A stretch of 64,000 nucleotides of DNA. Source: a virus. Its lineage: Duplodnaviria > Caudoviricetes. A program made the translations under genes and the position numbers. A model generated the notes under the pieces. The model worked only from the letters and a program-made list of their open reading frames with translations, had not been told where the DNA came from and did no database searches. The stretch lies in the IMG/VR virus record IMGVR_UViG_3300025018_000093. One strand, given 5' to 3'. Position 1 is the stretch's first letter. Every line of letters begins with the position of its first letter. This document shows, piece after piece, positions 1-11,300 of the stretch.

Positions 1-2
1 TC

Positions 3-3000
3 TTGCCGTTCCCAAACGAGAACTCCATTACAGTCCGCTTGTATGATCAGAGTACCGGGTCTCTCCTCCAGACTCTGGTCTTCTCGGGGCGCATTGCCGC
101 CCCCGCCTCCTCGGCCACGGGGGGTCTCGGCACGGTCTACAATGCCGCACCTATCAGCATTGGGGGTGGGGCTATTGTGTACCCTGGGGTGAGTTTCGTG
201 GACTTCACGGCCCTCGGAGGAGCTTCCCCGGGTCCTGTGGGACCCTTTGACGTGACGATCTCTATCGACACCTACACAGCGGGTTTGTCTGGGGATCGTA
301 TAAACACGGGAAGCAGTACCGCCTACATTTCCTCGGATCGTTTGACCTTCCTGGAATCTGTGGACCTTTCTACAGCCCGCGACAGATGGTTCGGGTTTCC
401 CACGGGTCTGGAAGTCTTGACCGTGACCAGTCCTGACAGTGAAGACATGACAGTGAATAGTCCCTTCTGGGTGAATGGGAATCTTCCCTTTACCTTCTTG
501 GAGCGCACTCCTGGGTCTGTCGGTTCTTTCCAGGCGGCTACTTCCGGGGGAGCTGGGGATGAGAGTGGTGCTATCAAGGTGATGGCCTGGGAAGGGTTCT
601 ACAACACTCCAATCCTGAGCACAGGACCCGTGCAATTCTCTGCGATCCCTTCCTCTTCGCAGGACACGTCTGGTGTCATCTGCCAAGGTACTGGAGGCTG
701 CAATGGGAGCAGTTCTCAATACGACTTTCGTGTGACGGATATCGAAGTACTGTCCGGGTCTCTGCCGAGGGTGTACAAGGGAGACGTACTAGTAATCGAC
801 ACGGCTGCAGACCCATCCCCAGCCTCGTTTCCGGGAGCTTTGGCCACGACAAAAGCGGGTGCGTATCTGATTCGTCAGGTAGTGGAAAGCAACGATACCG
901 TGCTGCACCCAGACCGTCGGGAGGTCACCCTTACGGCGAATGCCGGGGATGGATTTGGGTGGCTGGACGTGCGCTTTCCCAGAGTTGTCACCTACGATGA
1001 TGTGTTGAAGAGTCTCACGGTGACAAGCATCACCTTGGTGGAAGGGTCTCCGACAATGCATGCGTTCCCTGTTACGGGTCGCGTGTACGTGCTGACAGCT
1101 AACTTTGCGGAGATTGCCAACGCTACAGACTACACGGCATACAAGTCTGCTGTGGTCAGTGCCCAGTACGCATCCGTTTCCCAGCCAACTAACCAGTTCC
1201 TGGGTTTGACGGATTTCCGGGATGCTGGTGGAGTGGTCATTGCGTCTTCTGTGTTTGCGGCTGCCGCAACAGTTGGAAGGCAAATATCCGGGATGACCTA
1301 TTTCCAGGCACAGGTGGGGGGAGAGCAGGGGCTTCCTTCCTTGAATGTCGTGGGCCGGGATACGTCGGACTCTATCTTCGGGGTGCGACACTTTTCGGTG
1401 CAGGGTGATCTTGTACCAAGTAGCCCAGCGGCTGCTTTGTTCTATGATGGTAGTCTGGGAGAGATTGGAAAGGTCTCCGGGGCTGGTGTTTGTATTGTGG
1501 TCACCCAGAGAGCTGTTTCACCGTCCACATCCTTTGTCTCGGATGCGGATGCTTCGGTGTACCCCGCAATCCCAGGGGTTGTCGACATCACCTCGATTCT
1601 CCCAGCCGACTGGGCATCCTTGCACCAACCCGTGGCGCACCCCAACAGCTTGGTCTCTTGTGTGCTTCCTGGGGAGTCTTTCGTGACGGAGAGCAACCTC
1701 AGTGATCCTGGATTCTGGGCACAAGCTGCGATTTTCCTGGAGCCCTCCTGGCCGACCCCCACGCAGAACTTGCTTCTGTCAGCCCAGCTTGTTGACGCGA
1801 ACCATAGCTTGGCCCTGAGCCGGATTGGGATGCAGGACGTCAACAATTTCATTCCTTCCCCCATCTCCCAGGAGCGTGTGCGCTTCGAAGTGCGTCGCAT
1901 ACGTCGTTTCGGAGCAGGTGTGCAAAGTATCCTGGAAGCACTCCAGGACCTCCAGTTCACCTATGCTGTCCGACGTGGCGATATTGTTTCCTACTCTTCG
2001 ACTCGACAGATGGGGATCGTGGAGACAGATGGGGGGACGCAGCTTGGTTTGCTGACGGATACCCGTGTGAACATCAATCCCGGAGATTCTTTCCGACTCC
2101 TGGATGCGTTGGGGAACGTGGTCGAAGAGGTTCCCATCTTGGGTGTACGCAATGGGGTGGAGCTTCTCCTGTCGCCTCCAGGGTTGACGGTTCCCCTCCT
2201 AGGGAACCGTTTTGAGGTGTACCTCCGACAACCTCTGGTGCCGCATGAACAATCGCATGCACAGCTTCTGGAGCTTGCGACAGATTCCTGGGTTCACGAA
2301 ACCACTGCCAATGTGGGTACGGGTGCCGGGGGTTTCGTCACGGATACAGGAGTGCTCAAGGATACAGGTGTCTCGGGTACGGGTCTGGAAACCTTCACGG
2401 CGTTGGGCGTTCAAGAGGGTGACTACGTGCTGGTGGATGCTTCTGGAGAACTCAACCCCACGGGGGCACCCACAGTCCGTGAAAGGGGAGTCTCTCCCCT
2501 TGGCGACCGTGGAGTCTCTACGCGGGTGGATGGAAGTTACGTAGCAGGTCGTCCTAGCGAGCTAGATGACAATCGTGGCTTCTACCGTGTGGTCGCAGTA
2601 AACGCGGACAATCTGGTATTGTCGGGGGCTTCTAAGTTTGCCGGGGACCTCTCCAGCGGGGATGTGATCTTCGAGAGCGGGGGGTGGGAACTCGCTCTCT
2701 ATCCCACGATCCACGACTCGTTGCTCCTTCCTGGTGGTATTGAAGGGCAGAATGACCTGCGTAAGACGGCACTAGCGGGGGAAATTGGTTCACCCGCAGG
2801 GTCTTATCTGGGAAATGCGTATAGCATCGCTCCATTCTCCTATCGCGTACTGAGACCAATTGGCCTTCTTACAACGGAGACGGTGGAGCTTCTGTTGATG
2901 CTTCGGGAACGGTTTCTCTCTTGGAGGGAAATGCTGGACCAATGGGTCATGGAAGGGGGGACGTTCTTCATTTTCCAGAGAGACTCCCAGGCGGAGGATC

Positions 3001-3392
3001 TCCGACAGGGCCTCTTGAATGTGTCCGTGACATCGGGGTTAGAGGGTCAGGTAGGGGTTGCTCCCTTCGCGAACGATGCCGATGCACTGTCCGTGCTGGA
3101 CCGTCGATTCTGGGTGTTGGATTCTCAGTTGGATTACACAGCACCCCCTTTTACGGGTGGGGATGCGTACACGTCTTTCCGCACAGGAAGAGGGCGCCCT
3201 GTGTTCCCCGATGACATCGAAATGGCTTTGGGCAATCGAGACAACCTGAGAGACTTCCGTTCCGTGTGGCTGGACTACCGCGTGAATCTAATCTCGGGGA
3301 CGTTGTCTGCTATCAGGCGGTATGATGCACAGGAGCCACAACGCGAAGCAAATCAACGTGACCTGATTCGATTTCGTGGAGGTGCGGGGTGA
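3..3392 (+). CDS. Large putative virion structural protein, probably 5'-truncated by the window edge
   Basis: Open from base 3 (TTG) for 1129 aa. G/S/T/V-rich beta-type composition like neighbouring tail proteins. Stop overlaps the next GTG (GTGA). No family motif recognised. Confidence 0.6.
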   Translation: MPFPNENSITVRLYDQSTGSLLQTLVFSGRIAAPASSATGGLGTVYNAAPISIGGGAIVYPGVSFVDFTALGGASPGPVGPFDVTISIDTYTAGLSGDRINTGSSTAYISSDRLTFLESVDLSTARDRWFGFPTGLEVLTVTSPDSEDMTVNSPFWVNGNLPFTFLERTPGSVGSFQAATSGGAGDESGAIKVMAWEGFYNTPILSTGPVQFSAIPSSSQDTSGVICQGTGGCNGSSSQYDFRVTDIEVLSGSLPRVYKGDVLVIDTAADPSPASFPGALATTKAGAYLIRQVVESNDTVLHPDRREVTLTANAGDGFGWLDVRFPRVVTYDDVLKSLTVTSITLVEGSPTMHAFPVTGRVYVLTANFAEIANATDYTAYKSAVVSAQYASVSQPTNQFLGLTDFRDAGGVVIASSVFAAAATVGRQISGMTYFQAQVGGEQGLPSLNVVGRDTSDSIFGVRHFSVQGDLVPSSPAAALFYDGSLGEIGKVSGAGVCIVVTQRAVSPSTSFVSDADASVYPAIPGVVDITSILPADWASLHQPVAHPNSLVSCVLPGESFVTESNLSDPGFWAQAAIFLEPSWPTPTQNLLLSAQLVDANHSLALSRIGMQDVNNFIPSPISQERVRFEVRRIRRFGAGVQSILEALQDLQFTYAVRRGDIVSYSSTRQMGIVETDGGTQLGLLTDTRVNINPGDSFRLLDALGNVVEEVPILGVRNGVELLLSPPGLTVPLLGNRFEVYLRQPLVPHEQSHAQLLELATDSWVHETTANVGTGAGGFVTDTGVLKDTGVSGTGLETFTALGVQEGDYVLVDASGELNPTGAPTVRERGVSPLGDRGVSTRVDGSYVAGRPSELDDNRGFYRVVAVNADNLVLSGASKFAGDLSSGDVIFESGGWELALYPTIHDSLLLPGGIEGQNDLRKTALAGEIGSPAGSYLGNAYSIAPFSYRVLRPIGLLTTETVELLLMLRERFLSWREMLDQWVMEGGTFFIFQRDSQAEDLRQGLLNVSVTSGLEGQVGVAPFANDADALSVLDRRFWVLDSQLDYTAPPFTGGDAYTSFRTGRGRPVFPDDIEMALGNRDNLRDFRSVWLDYRVNLISGTLSAIRRYDAQEPQREANQRDLIRFRGGAG

Positions 3393-3619
3393 ACGATAAG
3401 GAAAAAGAGCTACGAGAGAGACTAGAAGCACAGGGCGTGAAGGTTGGTAGCTGGACCCAGCGGGAGGCGAAGGAAGTTCGCCCTCAGTTCTCTGGCAATA
3501 TGCTTTCTCTGTTGGAGCAACTGCGGGAAGTCATTCAGGGCCAAATCTCGTCAGATGCTGAAAAGATCGGGCAGCTTCGAGAGGCTGCACACCGAGTGAA
3601 GTACGGCGGAGGACGGTAG
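3389..3619 (+). CDS. Small helical/coiled-coil hypothetical protein (76 aa)
   Basis: GTG overlaps the upstream TGA, and its TAG abuts the ATG at 3620, so it fills the gap in a coupled operon. Confidence 0.7.
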   Translation: MNDKEKELRERLEAQGVKVGSWTQREAKEVRPQFSGNMLSLLEQLREVIQGQISSDAEKIGQLREAAHRVKYGGGR

Positions 3620-6277
3620 ATGGCTGTCATTGGAGCATGGAACAAACCAACGCAGTACTCCCTGACGGCGCGCTTTCCCAAGATGCCCTCTTGGGTGGAG
3701 GGCATCAGGAGCACGATCAACAATCTCATTGACTTCCTGCTGGGGGTTCTGGATTTAGCCCTAGCAGCTCTGGAGATTGTGAAGGCGTTTGCGATTGGGT
3801 TCCTAGACCCCATAAACGCTATCATCGATGCCATTCTTGCGGAGGTGGAACAGGTTCTGGAGAACTTGCGAAAAGCAGGTCTCTATTTGGCAGGAGACTG
3901 GTATCTAGCGCAGCCTCCCTTTGAGGATCTAAGGGGCGGGTTCGCGGCGTACAAGACGCGCATGACAGCTCGGTTTACGGACACCAAGGACCCCTCTAGG
4001 CCAGACCTTTCGGACCGTATCCCAGTCTTTGCAATGTTTCTCTATGCTTCTGTGGACTTTGCCGGTATCCACACGTTGGCTCAGTTTCTGTCGCAGTTGG
4101 TTGGGTTTCTAAACTTCAATCTGCGTAGCACGAAGACTCTCCAAACTCCAGTGGACATTCGCGCTCAGTACAGTAGCGTGGATGGATTTCTGGGCGTCTT
4201 CGAGAACTTGGCAGAGACCTTTGTTCGTGCAGGGCAGGCAGTCAACACGCAGGACATTACAGGGGGTGAGGCACTCACGCTGAGTTCTTTCTCCTCGGCT
4301 CAGGTGCCGGATGTTGCGCAGCTTACCTGGAAGTTGGGGGGTGCTCCCAAGAAGCGTCCTTCGTTGGGTCTTCCGGGACCTCCCCCGGCAGGGTTCCTCA
4401 TTGAGGTTTCGACAATTCGAGAAGGTCTCCAGGTGTTTTATGACAGACCCTTGCCGAACTCCGCCAAGGTGGAGGGAGGATCTGGGACGGTGCAAGACCG
4501 AGAGGTCGGGAGGGTGGTGACCCCAGAGGGTGTGCCGTTGGTTCTTTACGGGGGGGCAGACCAAGTAGAGTTAGATGGCATTGGCTACAACGACAGCATG
4601 AAGGATTTGGGGCAGGTCAAGGATGGAGCCCCTCGTGTGTTTGCGTTGCGCAGTGCTGCTGACAATGTCCCCATTCCCCTGGAGCTGCTGAAGTTTGGTA
4701 GCGTGGACTTGCTTCAGAAGACGTTTTTCGTTTCTGTGCTGGACATTTTTGGAGCGATGGTAGCGCTGTTCAACCCAGACTACTTCCAGGAGGCGACCTA
4801 TACCAAAAACCTCCGCTTCGATGAAATGCCCTACAATGTGGACTTCGAGATCGGTAGCGATGGTAAAGTGGAAGCTAAGAATCCCCAACGCCCGCAGACG
4901 TTCTATGCGCGGATCTCCACGGTCTCCAGTAACATCACTCGCAAGGATGACTTCCGTTATAAACTCCGCGATGCGACCGCAGATAACCCTGGGAAGCCAC
5001 TGCAGGCGGAGTACAGCACCATCCAGCTGAATGAGGGAGCGGGGGTACAGGGGAGTCGCGGAGACCGAAGTGAGCCTTCTACTGTCTTGGAGATCACATT
5101 CCCCTCGGACAGTGCCAAGGTCTATTTGCAGCAGCTCACAGCTGCCTTAGCAGTCTTGGCTTTGAGTCGAGCGGACTTGGAAGTGGGCGAGGAAGACACG
5201 CAGCTAACTTTCCGGAGCGGAAAGGCGAAAACGGCGACAGGACTGGAACCCTTTGCGAAGCTGATTCCCAGCATCCTCCTGGCAACCAACCCTAACGACT
5301 TCTACGACTTGGCGGACGAGGACACCGAATCTTCCGATGTCCTGACGTTCCGGCAGTCTCTCTTGAAGGGATGCTCCAGGGTGGCGGCAGACCTTTACCG
5401 CAAGATGGGTGCGCAGCCCGGAGCCGAGAGTGAGCTGTTCCAGGGAGCTTCCTCCCTGCTGACGTTCAAGTGGTCCGATGCCATCAATATGGATGACAAC
5501 GTCAACTCGTATGACGAGACGATCCTGGGGTCTTTGTCAGACTACACCACTGTCCCCGGACTGGCTCGGAATCCAGAGTGCGCAGGGCAAAAGCTCCGTC
5601 GTGGGATCATGTTGCGAAATGTTGGGCGGAAAGTCACGGTGAAGAGCAGGGAGCCTGGGTTCTACTCACAGACTTTGGGTGAACTGTCTACCGCGAGCTT
5701 GAACTTTGGCGGCATCACGATGGGGTCTGCGGATCGCTCCCCCTCGTTGTCTGTGAGCGCCCGTGATGGGTCCACCCACATTTACTTTGTGCGGAACATC
5801 ATTCCCCCGGAGGTCTACGCGGCAGCTTCCCAGGTGCTGTCCTTTGCCTCTGGCCCCGCGCTGCGTCCTGCTGAGGATGGTGCGTGGCTCTCCCTTCGAT
5901 TTGGGCAACTTATCCCAGGGTTTGATCTTCTATTGGACATGATAGTTAACTGGGTCCGCTCTCTACAGCTTGGGGCTTCCTCCATTGTGGATGCTATCCT
6001 GGCATACATTGACTTCCTAGAGAGTCGTGTCTTGGAGCTTCAGGCGTTGCTTCGTCGGTTGGATGCAATCGTGCAAGGCCTCATCCCCATTAGGCTCCCT
6101 CCGGTGGGTGCCTTGTTTCTGGTTGGGAAGGGAACGACTGACATCCTGAGCCAGTTCCTGAGCGCTGCGGAGGCTCCTCAAGATCCGGCAACCTCCTATG
6201 GTGGGGGTGCTGTTCTTCTTGCTGTGGGAGCCCCTGAGTTCCTCATCAACCTCTTCATGGAGATGTTTGCGCTATGA
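3620..6277 (+). CDS. Hypothetical virion-associated protein with amphipathic helical termini (885 aa)
   Basis: Long ORF in the baseplate operon. Both ends are Leu/Ile/Ala-rich helices and share an I[IV]DAILA motif. Confidence 0.65.
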   Translation: MAVIGAWNKPTQYSLTARFPKMPSWVEGIRSTINNLIDFLLGVLDLALAALEIVKAFAIGFLDPINAIIDAILAEVEQVLENLRKAGLYLAGDWYLAQPPFEDLRGGFAAYKTRMTARFTDTKDPSRPDLSDRIPVFAMFLYASVDFAGIHTLAQFLSQLVGFLNFNLRSTKTLQTPVDIRAQYSSVDGFLGVFENLAETFVRAGQAVNTQDITGGEALTLSSFSSAQVPDVAQLTWKLGGAPKKRPSLGLPGPPPAGFLIEVSTIREGLQVFYDRPLPNSAKVEGGSGTVQDREVGRVVTPEGVPLVLYGGADQVELDGIGYNDSMKDLGQVKDGAPRVFALRSAADNVPIPLELLKFGSVDLLQKTFFVSVLDIFGAMVALFNPDYFQEATYTKNLRFDEMPYNVDFEIGSDGKVEAKNPQRPQTFYARISTVSSNITRKDDFRYKLRDATADNPGKPLQAEYSTIQLNEGAGVQGSRGDRSEPSTVLEITFPSDSAKVYLQQLTAALAVLALSRADLEVGEEDTQLTFRSGKAKTATGLEPFAKLIPSILLATNPNDFYDLADEDTESSDVLTFRQSLLKGCSRVAADLYRKMGAQPGAESELFQGASSLLTFKWSDAINMDDNVNSYDETILGSLSDYTTVPGLARNPECAGQKLRRGIMLRNVGRKVTVKSREPGFYSQTLGELSTASLNFGGITMGSADRSPSLSVSARDGSTHIYFVRNIIPPEVYAAASQVLSFASGPALRPAEDGAWLSLRFGQLIPGFDLLLDMIVNWVRSLQLGASSIVDAILAYIDFLESRVLELQALLRRLDAIVQGLIPIRLPPVGALFLVGKGTTDILSQFLSAAEAPQDPATSYGGGAVLLAVGAPEFLINLFMEMFAL

Positions 6278-7143
6278 GCTTCGGTTGGATGGGGACATTC
6301 CGGCAGGGTGCCTGGAGGGCCTTTCGGTCCTTTGTTTTGCAAGAGCGTCAGGACGTGGGTCGACGTTTGTCTGTGATTCGGGCGGAGCTTCGGCGGATTG
6401 GGAGCATCACCGTTATCTACCAACAGACGCAAGATGAGACCACAGGGGAACTTCGAGTCACGGAACAGCGTCTTGGGTTCAGTGTCACCCGGAACTCTTC
6501 CCTAGAGCGACTGGTGCAAGCCTATGTGGCTCTCGGGGGGAATCCTTTCGATGTATCCCACTTCTTCATCCCAGACCGAGCCGTGGCCGTCTCGGAGAAT
6601 GCAGAGGGGTTCACGACAACAGGGCATGAGTACCCCTGGGGTGGTGTAGCGTACCCTATGACAGCGGAGCCCAACGAGCCGGAGAACTCCTGGGGTTCCT
6701 ACCCGGGAGGGTACATTCCGCTACGCAAGTACCTTCCCGGTCGCATTGGCGGTCGAAAGGACATTGATGCGGATGCGGAAGCGGTTGTCAACTTCATCAC
6801 GGCGCTCCGCAAACCTGTACTCCAAGAGATACGCCGAAAGCGAAACGATATTGAGGCTTGCATCATCAAGCTGTGTGACTTGCGAGAGCAGCTAACCCAG
6901 GAGCAGTCTGCGATCCTTGTGCAGGCTTTCGGTGGGCTTTCTGATAGCAGTATCGGATTTGATGAGGCTCGTTTCGCTCATGTGCTGCGTGTTCCGCGTA
7001 TCACGCAATTGCTAGATGAAATCTTCTTCTCTGTGGACTCCGATGGGGTGGTCGACTTCGAGACAACAAACACCACGGAGATCGCGAAGTACAGCAACCT
7101 GCTGCAGGATATTCTACCCGATGAAGCGAACACGGCTCTCTGA
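6274..7143 (+). CDS. Hypothetical protein (289 aa)
   Basis: ATGA overlap with the upstream gene. Coiled-coil-like C-terminal part. No family recognised. Confidence 0.7.
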   Translation: MSFGWMGTFRQGAWRAFRSFVLQERQDVGRRLSVIRAELRRIGSITVIYQQTQDETTGELRVTEQRLGFSVTRNSSLERLVQAYVALGGNPFDVSHFFIPDRAVAVSENAEGFTTTGHEYPWGGVAYPMTAEPNEPENSWGSYPGGYIPLRKYLPGRIGGRKDIDADAEAVVNFITALRKPVLQEIRRKRNDIEACIIKLCDLREQLTQEQSAILVQAFGGLSDSSIGFDEARFAHVLRVPRITQLLDEIFFSVDSDGVVDFETTNTTEIAKYSNLLQDILPDEANTAL

Positions 7144-7150
7144 TTCTGGC

Positions 7151-7165
7151 CTATCCCTTCTATAG
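7151..7165 (+). promoter_or_regulatory. Candidate phage-specific promoter/regulatory motif CTATCCCTTCTAT(AG), copy 1
   Basis: The same 13-mer recurs at 30879-30891. Both copies are in rare intergenic gaps upstream of genes. Confidence 0.3.
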
Positions 7166-7241
7166 TCTTTCTACACAGGGACAGGAAAGGCGCTTCCAAG
7201 GGATCACGGGAGCGACCTCTGAATCAAGGCTGTAGACCATC

Positions 7242-8315
7242 ATGTCGAAGGATATCCAGCTTGCACATAGATGCCCGCACCTAACCGTGGAGGAGAGAGT
7301 CTTCCTGCACACGGATCGCCGTTCGCTTCCTACCCGGCAACCTGTGGGGGCGGATTCTTCTGTTCGCATCCTCGCAAACAACGACATTGTGATCCCCCGC
7401 TATGGCCTATACAACCAAGCGCAGCTCTTTGGTTCCCTCTCGGGTCCCTTCCATATCATCTCGAATGAGGCGGAACTGTCTGTACAATCTGGTACGGAGT
7501 TTCTCTCGGTACAACTTCCGACAGGTTCTCGTGTCGAGACCGATGTGGTCGTGAAGGCTTTGAACACGGCTTCCGAGGCTATCCTGGCGGAGAACTCGGG
7601 TGGTCACATCGTGCTTACCGAGACCGCGAGCATGGGGCGGGATTCCTCACTGTATGTGAGTGGGTCCGCAGCTTCTTCGCTAGGATTTGCTCTGCAGCCT
7701 CGGGATCGCGGGCGCCAGGTGTACCCCGGGTGGAGTTTGGCTAGACGCCCAGATCCGGTGATGGATAACCGTTTCCCTCGCTTTGATGCCCCTGTGCAGC
7801 AGAGCCCTGTCTTCAAGGTCACGTACACTGTCCCAAAGCGCAGATGCTTACGATGCGGTGGGGCTCAGGTGGAGAATGACTACCGATTTGATAGTCAGGG
7901 CCTTGTACTGGTTGTCGAGAACGAGAACCTTCTTCACCAAGCAGCGCTCAAGATTCTGCTTACCGGGAAGGGAAGCAATCCCTTCCACAAGTGGTATGGG
8001 ACGACGTTACGGTCGCGAATCGGGGCTAAGGCGATTGGCGTTGTGGCGGGTCTCATCAACGAGGATGTACGACGCGCCTTGGAGTCCATGCAGAGATTGC
8101 AAGTTTCGCAGTCAAAGTACCAGAGTGTTTCGTACAAGGAACGCCTGGCAAGCATCCAGTCTGTCAGGACGTACCCTTTGGATACGGATCCCACGGCGTT
8201 CATGATCGAGGTTCTTGTGGTCAACGCTTCTCGTGAACCCGTGAACGTTACCACTGTTTTCACAGTGCCAGATGTCATCACGCTGGATGGCGATGGCTTC
8301 GGTCAGAGAGGGTAG
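7242..8315 (+). CDS. Baseplate wedge protein with C-terminal gp25/GpW-like domain
   Basis: C-terminal ENENLLHQAALKILLTGKGSNPFHKWYGTTL...INEDVRRAL...IQSV...FMIEVLV resembles gp25/GpW. Directly upstream of a baseplate J-like gene. Also has CPH and CxxC motifs. Confidence 0.7.
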   Translation: MSKDIQLAHRCPHLTVEERVFLHTDRRSLPTRQPVGADSSVRILANNDIVIPRYGLYNQAQLFGSLSGPFHIISNEAELSVQSGTEFLSVQLPTGSRVETDVVVKALNTASEAILAENSGGHIVLTETASMGRDSSLYVSGSAASSLGFALQPRDRGRQVYPGWSLARRPDPVMDNRFPRFDAPVQQSPVFKVTYTVPKRRCLRCGGAQVENDYRFDSQGLVLVVENENLLHQAALKILLTGKGSNPFHKWYGTTLRSRIGAKAIGVVAGLINEDVRRALESMQRLQVSQSKYQSVSYKERLASIQSVRTYPLDTDPTAFMIEVLVVNASREPVNVTTVFTVPDVITLDGDGFGQRG

Positions 8316-8316
8316 A

Positions 8317-11300
8317 ATGGCCACTGCTCCTAAATTCCTCGGACCAGATGGGGAACTTCGTGAGAAATTGACCTTCTCGACTGGCATCCCCACTCGTTTC
8401 TTCATGGGGGAGATAGCGGACAACACCGTGGACCTCCAGGTTGCCATTCGGGGAGGGTCCTACACGAGTGATCCCGACTTTGTGGTGTTCGAGGGGACGC
8501 AATTCACGATACCAAACCCCACGTCATACCCGGAGGGGTTGGATCTGGTCGCGGGAGACAATGCGATATCCATTAGGGCTATCGATACTGCGGGGTCTGT
8601 TTCGGCGCCTGCTCTTGCAGTTGCTCGCCTGGTCCAGGAAAGCTCTCTTGGGCTTCTGGTGCAGGCACCCACAGCCATCGTGATAGAGCGCCTGGACAAC
8701 ACCGTGCGCATCACCGTGGAGGGTATCGACAACAGCACGTTCCGTGGCATCAATTTCTACGCCTCTGTTTCTCCTGGTGGGGGCACCTCCGGGTACTACC
8801 CGATCAATGTGCGTCTCGTCACGGACTACGAGTCCACGGAGTTTGTGGCTAAGCTCGCGTCCCTCGGAGTGGATTCTGACATTGCCTTGGGTCCAGATGA
8901 GGCCCCTGCAGCGGACCCTCTGTATTTTCGAGTTTTCGCCACACAAGAGGACCAGAATGCTGTGGTTCTCCAGACGGACTTCAACGAACGTCTGGGTCTC
9001 GATGAGACGGTGCGAAAGCTACGCACGGAGATGACGGTAAGTAGCGTTCGCTCGGTGAAGCTGTTTCACTTTGAGCACAACCGTCTCGGCTCCCCTGAGG
9101 ACACCCCTGCAACGCTTCCACGTAGTGAGTTCTCCGCACTGCCTACGACGGATCCCTTGTACTATGTGGCAAAGGCGGTGTTCTACGATCCCATCGGGCA
9201 GTTGGAAGTGGAGTCCACAGGATTCTCCCCGGAGGTGCTTGGGTCTCCTTTGCAGGTGAGCACGGGGCTTGGTGGTTTGCCGGTAGTGAGTCGAGACCGG
9301 ATCAGTCAGCAGCTTGAACTGTCCATATTCAGGTCCCAGCCAGACCTGAATATCCAACCGGGTTCCGTCATCCGAGACACGTTCATCGACCCAGGGTCCG
9401 CAGAGTTGGCCCGTGTTCGTTTCCTGGTGGACTTCATCCATCGTGCACAGAGTTTCCCGGACTTGCTCAGGATCGATGATCCCGCTCTTTCAGGTTCGAG
9501 TGTCCCTGTCTCCCAGAGTAGCTACAAACTCAATCTCAAGCAGGCACTACAACTGGTTCAAGACGCGGACGTGCAGTCGGTCATTGACCAGGCGTTTGAG
9601 AAGTTGGCTTCTCGTCTTGGGAAGCAACGCCTCCAGGGGTACAAGTCTCGTGGGGAGGTTACCTTCTACACGACCCGGCGCCCCACGGCCACAATTCCGA
9701 TACCCATCGGGTCTGTGGTTTCAGGGGGTAGCCTCCGATATCGCACAATTGAGGCGGCTTCAATTACCCTGGAAAACATTGCCACCTTCTACAGTGGGAC
9801 CACGGGACGTTACTCGGTTCGTGTTTCCGTCCAGGCTGAGAACCCAGGTTCTGCAGGGAATATCAGCGCAAACCAGATTCGGGCAATTGTGAGTGGCCCC
9901 TCAGGCTTGAGCGTGGTCAACGAGTCCCGGACTTTTGGCGGAACGGACAGAGAGTCCAACCGGGACTTGGCTGTACGAACACAGAATGCGTTGGCTTCCG
10001 TGGATACGAGTACAGAAGCGGGTCTCATCCAGATGGCTTCCGGTGTTCCAGGGGTGAGCGAGATTCGAGTTGTCCCTTCGGGGTCCGACTACATGCAGCG
10101 GGACTTTGACGCCTCCGCCAACATTCATCGGGGTGGAAAGGTAGACATCTGGGTGCGAGGTACTCAGGTGAACACCGTCACGGATGCCTTTGCTTTCTCC
10201 TTCCAAATCGAGAACGACGTTCTCTTCGAGGTTGTCGGAGACCCGCTCGACCTTCGTTTCAAAGCACTAAGCACGAGTTTGTCCCCCACGAACCCTATCA
10301 TCCAGATGCTGGACATTCCCAGTCGTGGTATGGGGTTCCGAAACGACACCTCGGGAACCGACTTCAATCTGACGGGGGTCACAATAGAGGATTACAATCT
10401 CATTGTGCTGGACACGGCGATCCCCCAGCCTTCCGTGTCGTTGACCGATATTGTGCGAGGGGACATTCGATTCCGCGATAGCGACAAGTACGTGTTTCCC
10501 CGTCAGCCTGTCACTCGCATTAATTTCCTGCGCGGTGGTGTGACGGGGTCTGTGGATTCAGCGGCCTACACTCTGCAGCGGTTGGCGGATCCCCTGGTAT
10601 TGGGGAGAAGCACAATGGCCGGAAACTATTTGCAGATCACGGACACGCAGTCCGGCATCACAATTCCCTCTGGAAGTCCTGTTGTCATCACAGGGGAGAG
10701 TCACGTACTCATTGGGGAGACCATCGAGTACCTCAACAATCTTGGCATCAACCTGTTGACAATTCGTGTCTTCAACTCCAGTCGTACTATCGAGTACAAC
10801 GGTCCTTTCGACTCTTCTGGAGCGGTGGACTACACCATCTTGGATGGCGACCAGGAAAGCCCTGTTGCCATTGTCCGCACGGAGACGGGAAGCATCGCTA
10901 CAGGACAGGAAGTGTTGGTCGACTATGATCACGATGAGAACTTCGTGGTCAGCTACGATTCGAACTTCCTTGTGACCGCAGTGCAGGGGGACGTTGACAA
11001 TTTCCGCAGTATGACAGCGGACATTCTGGCCAAGGAGAGTGTCATTAACTCCGTCAACATTTCTGCGACGGTCGTCCTCAGCCGAGGCCAGCGTCCAGAT
11101 ACGGTAGACAGTGCTATTCGTACGAACCTTGAGAACTACATGCGGGGACTTGGGATGAAAGATCCCCTTCGACCTTCCGATGTAGTGGGCGTGATCGAGG
11201 GCACAGTCGGCGTCAGTTTTGTCATTCTCCCCATGACGAAGATGGTACGAAACACGGGTGACCTGATCATCCGGGAGGCTCTGGTGTCAGACCAGACTGT

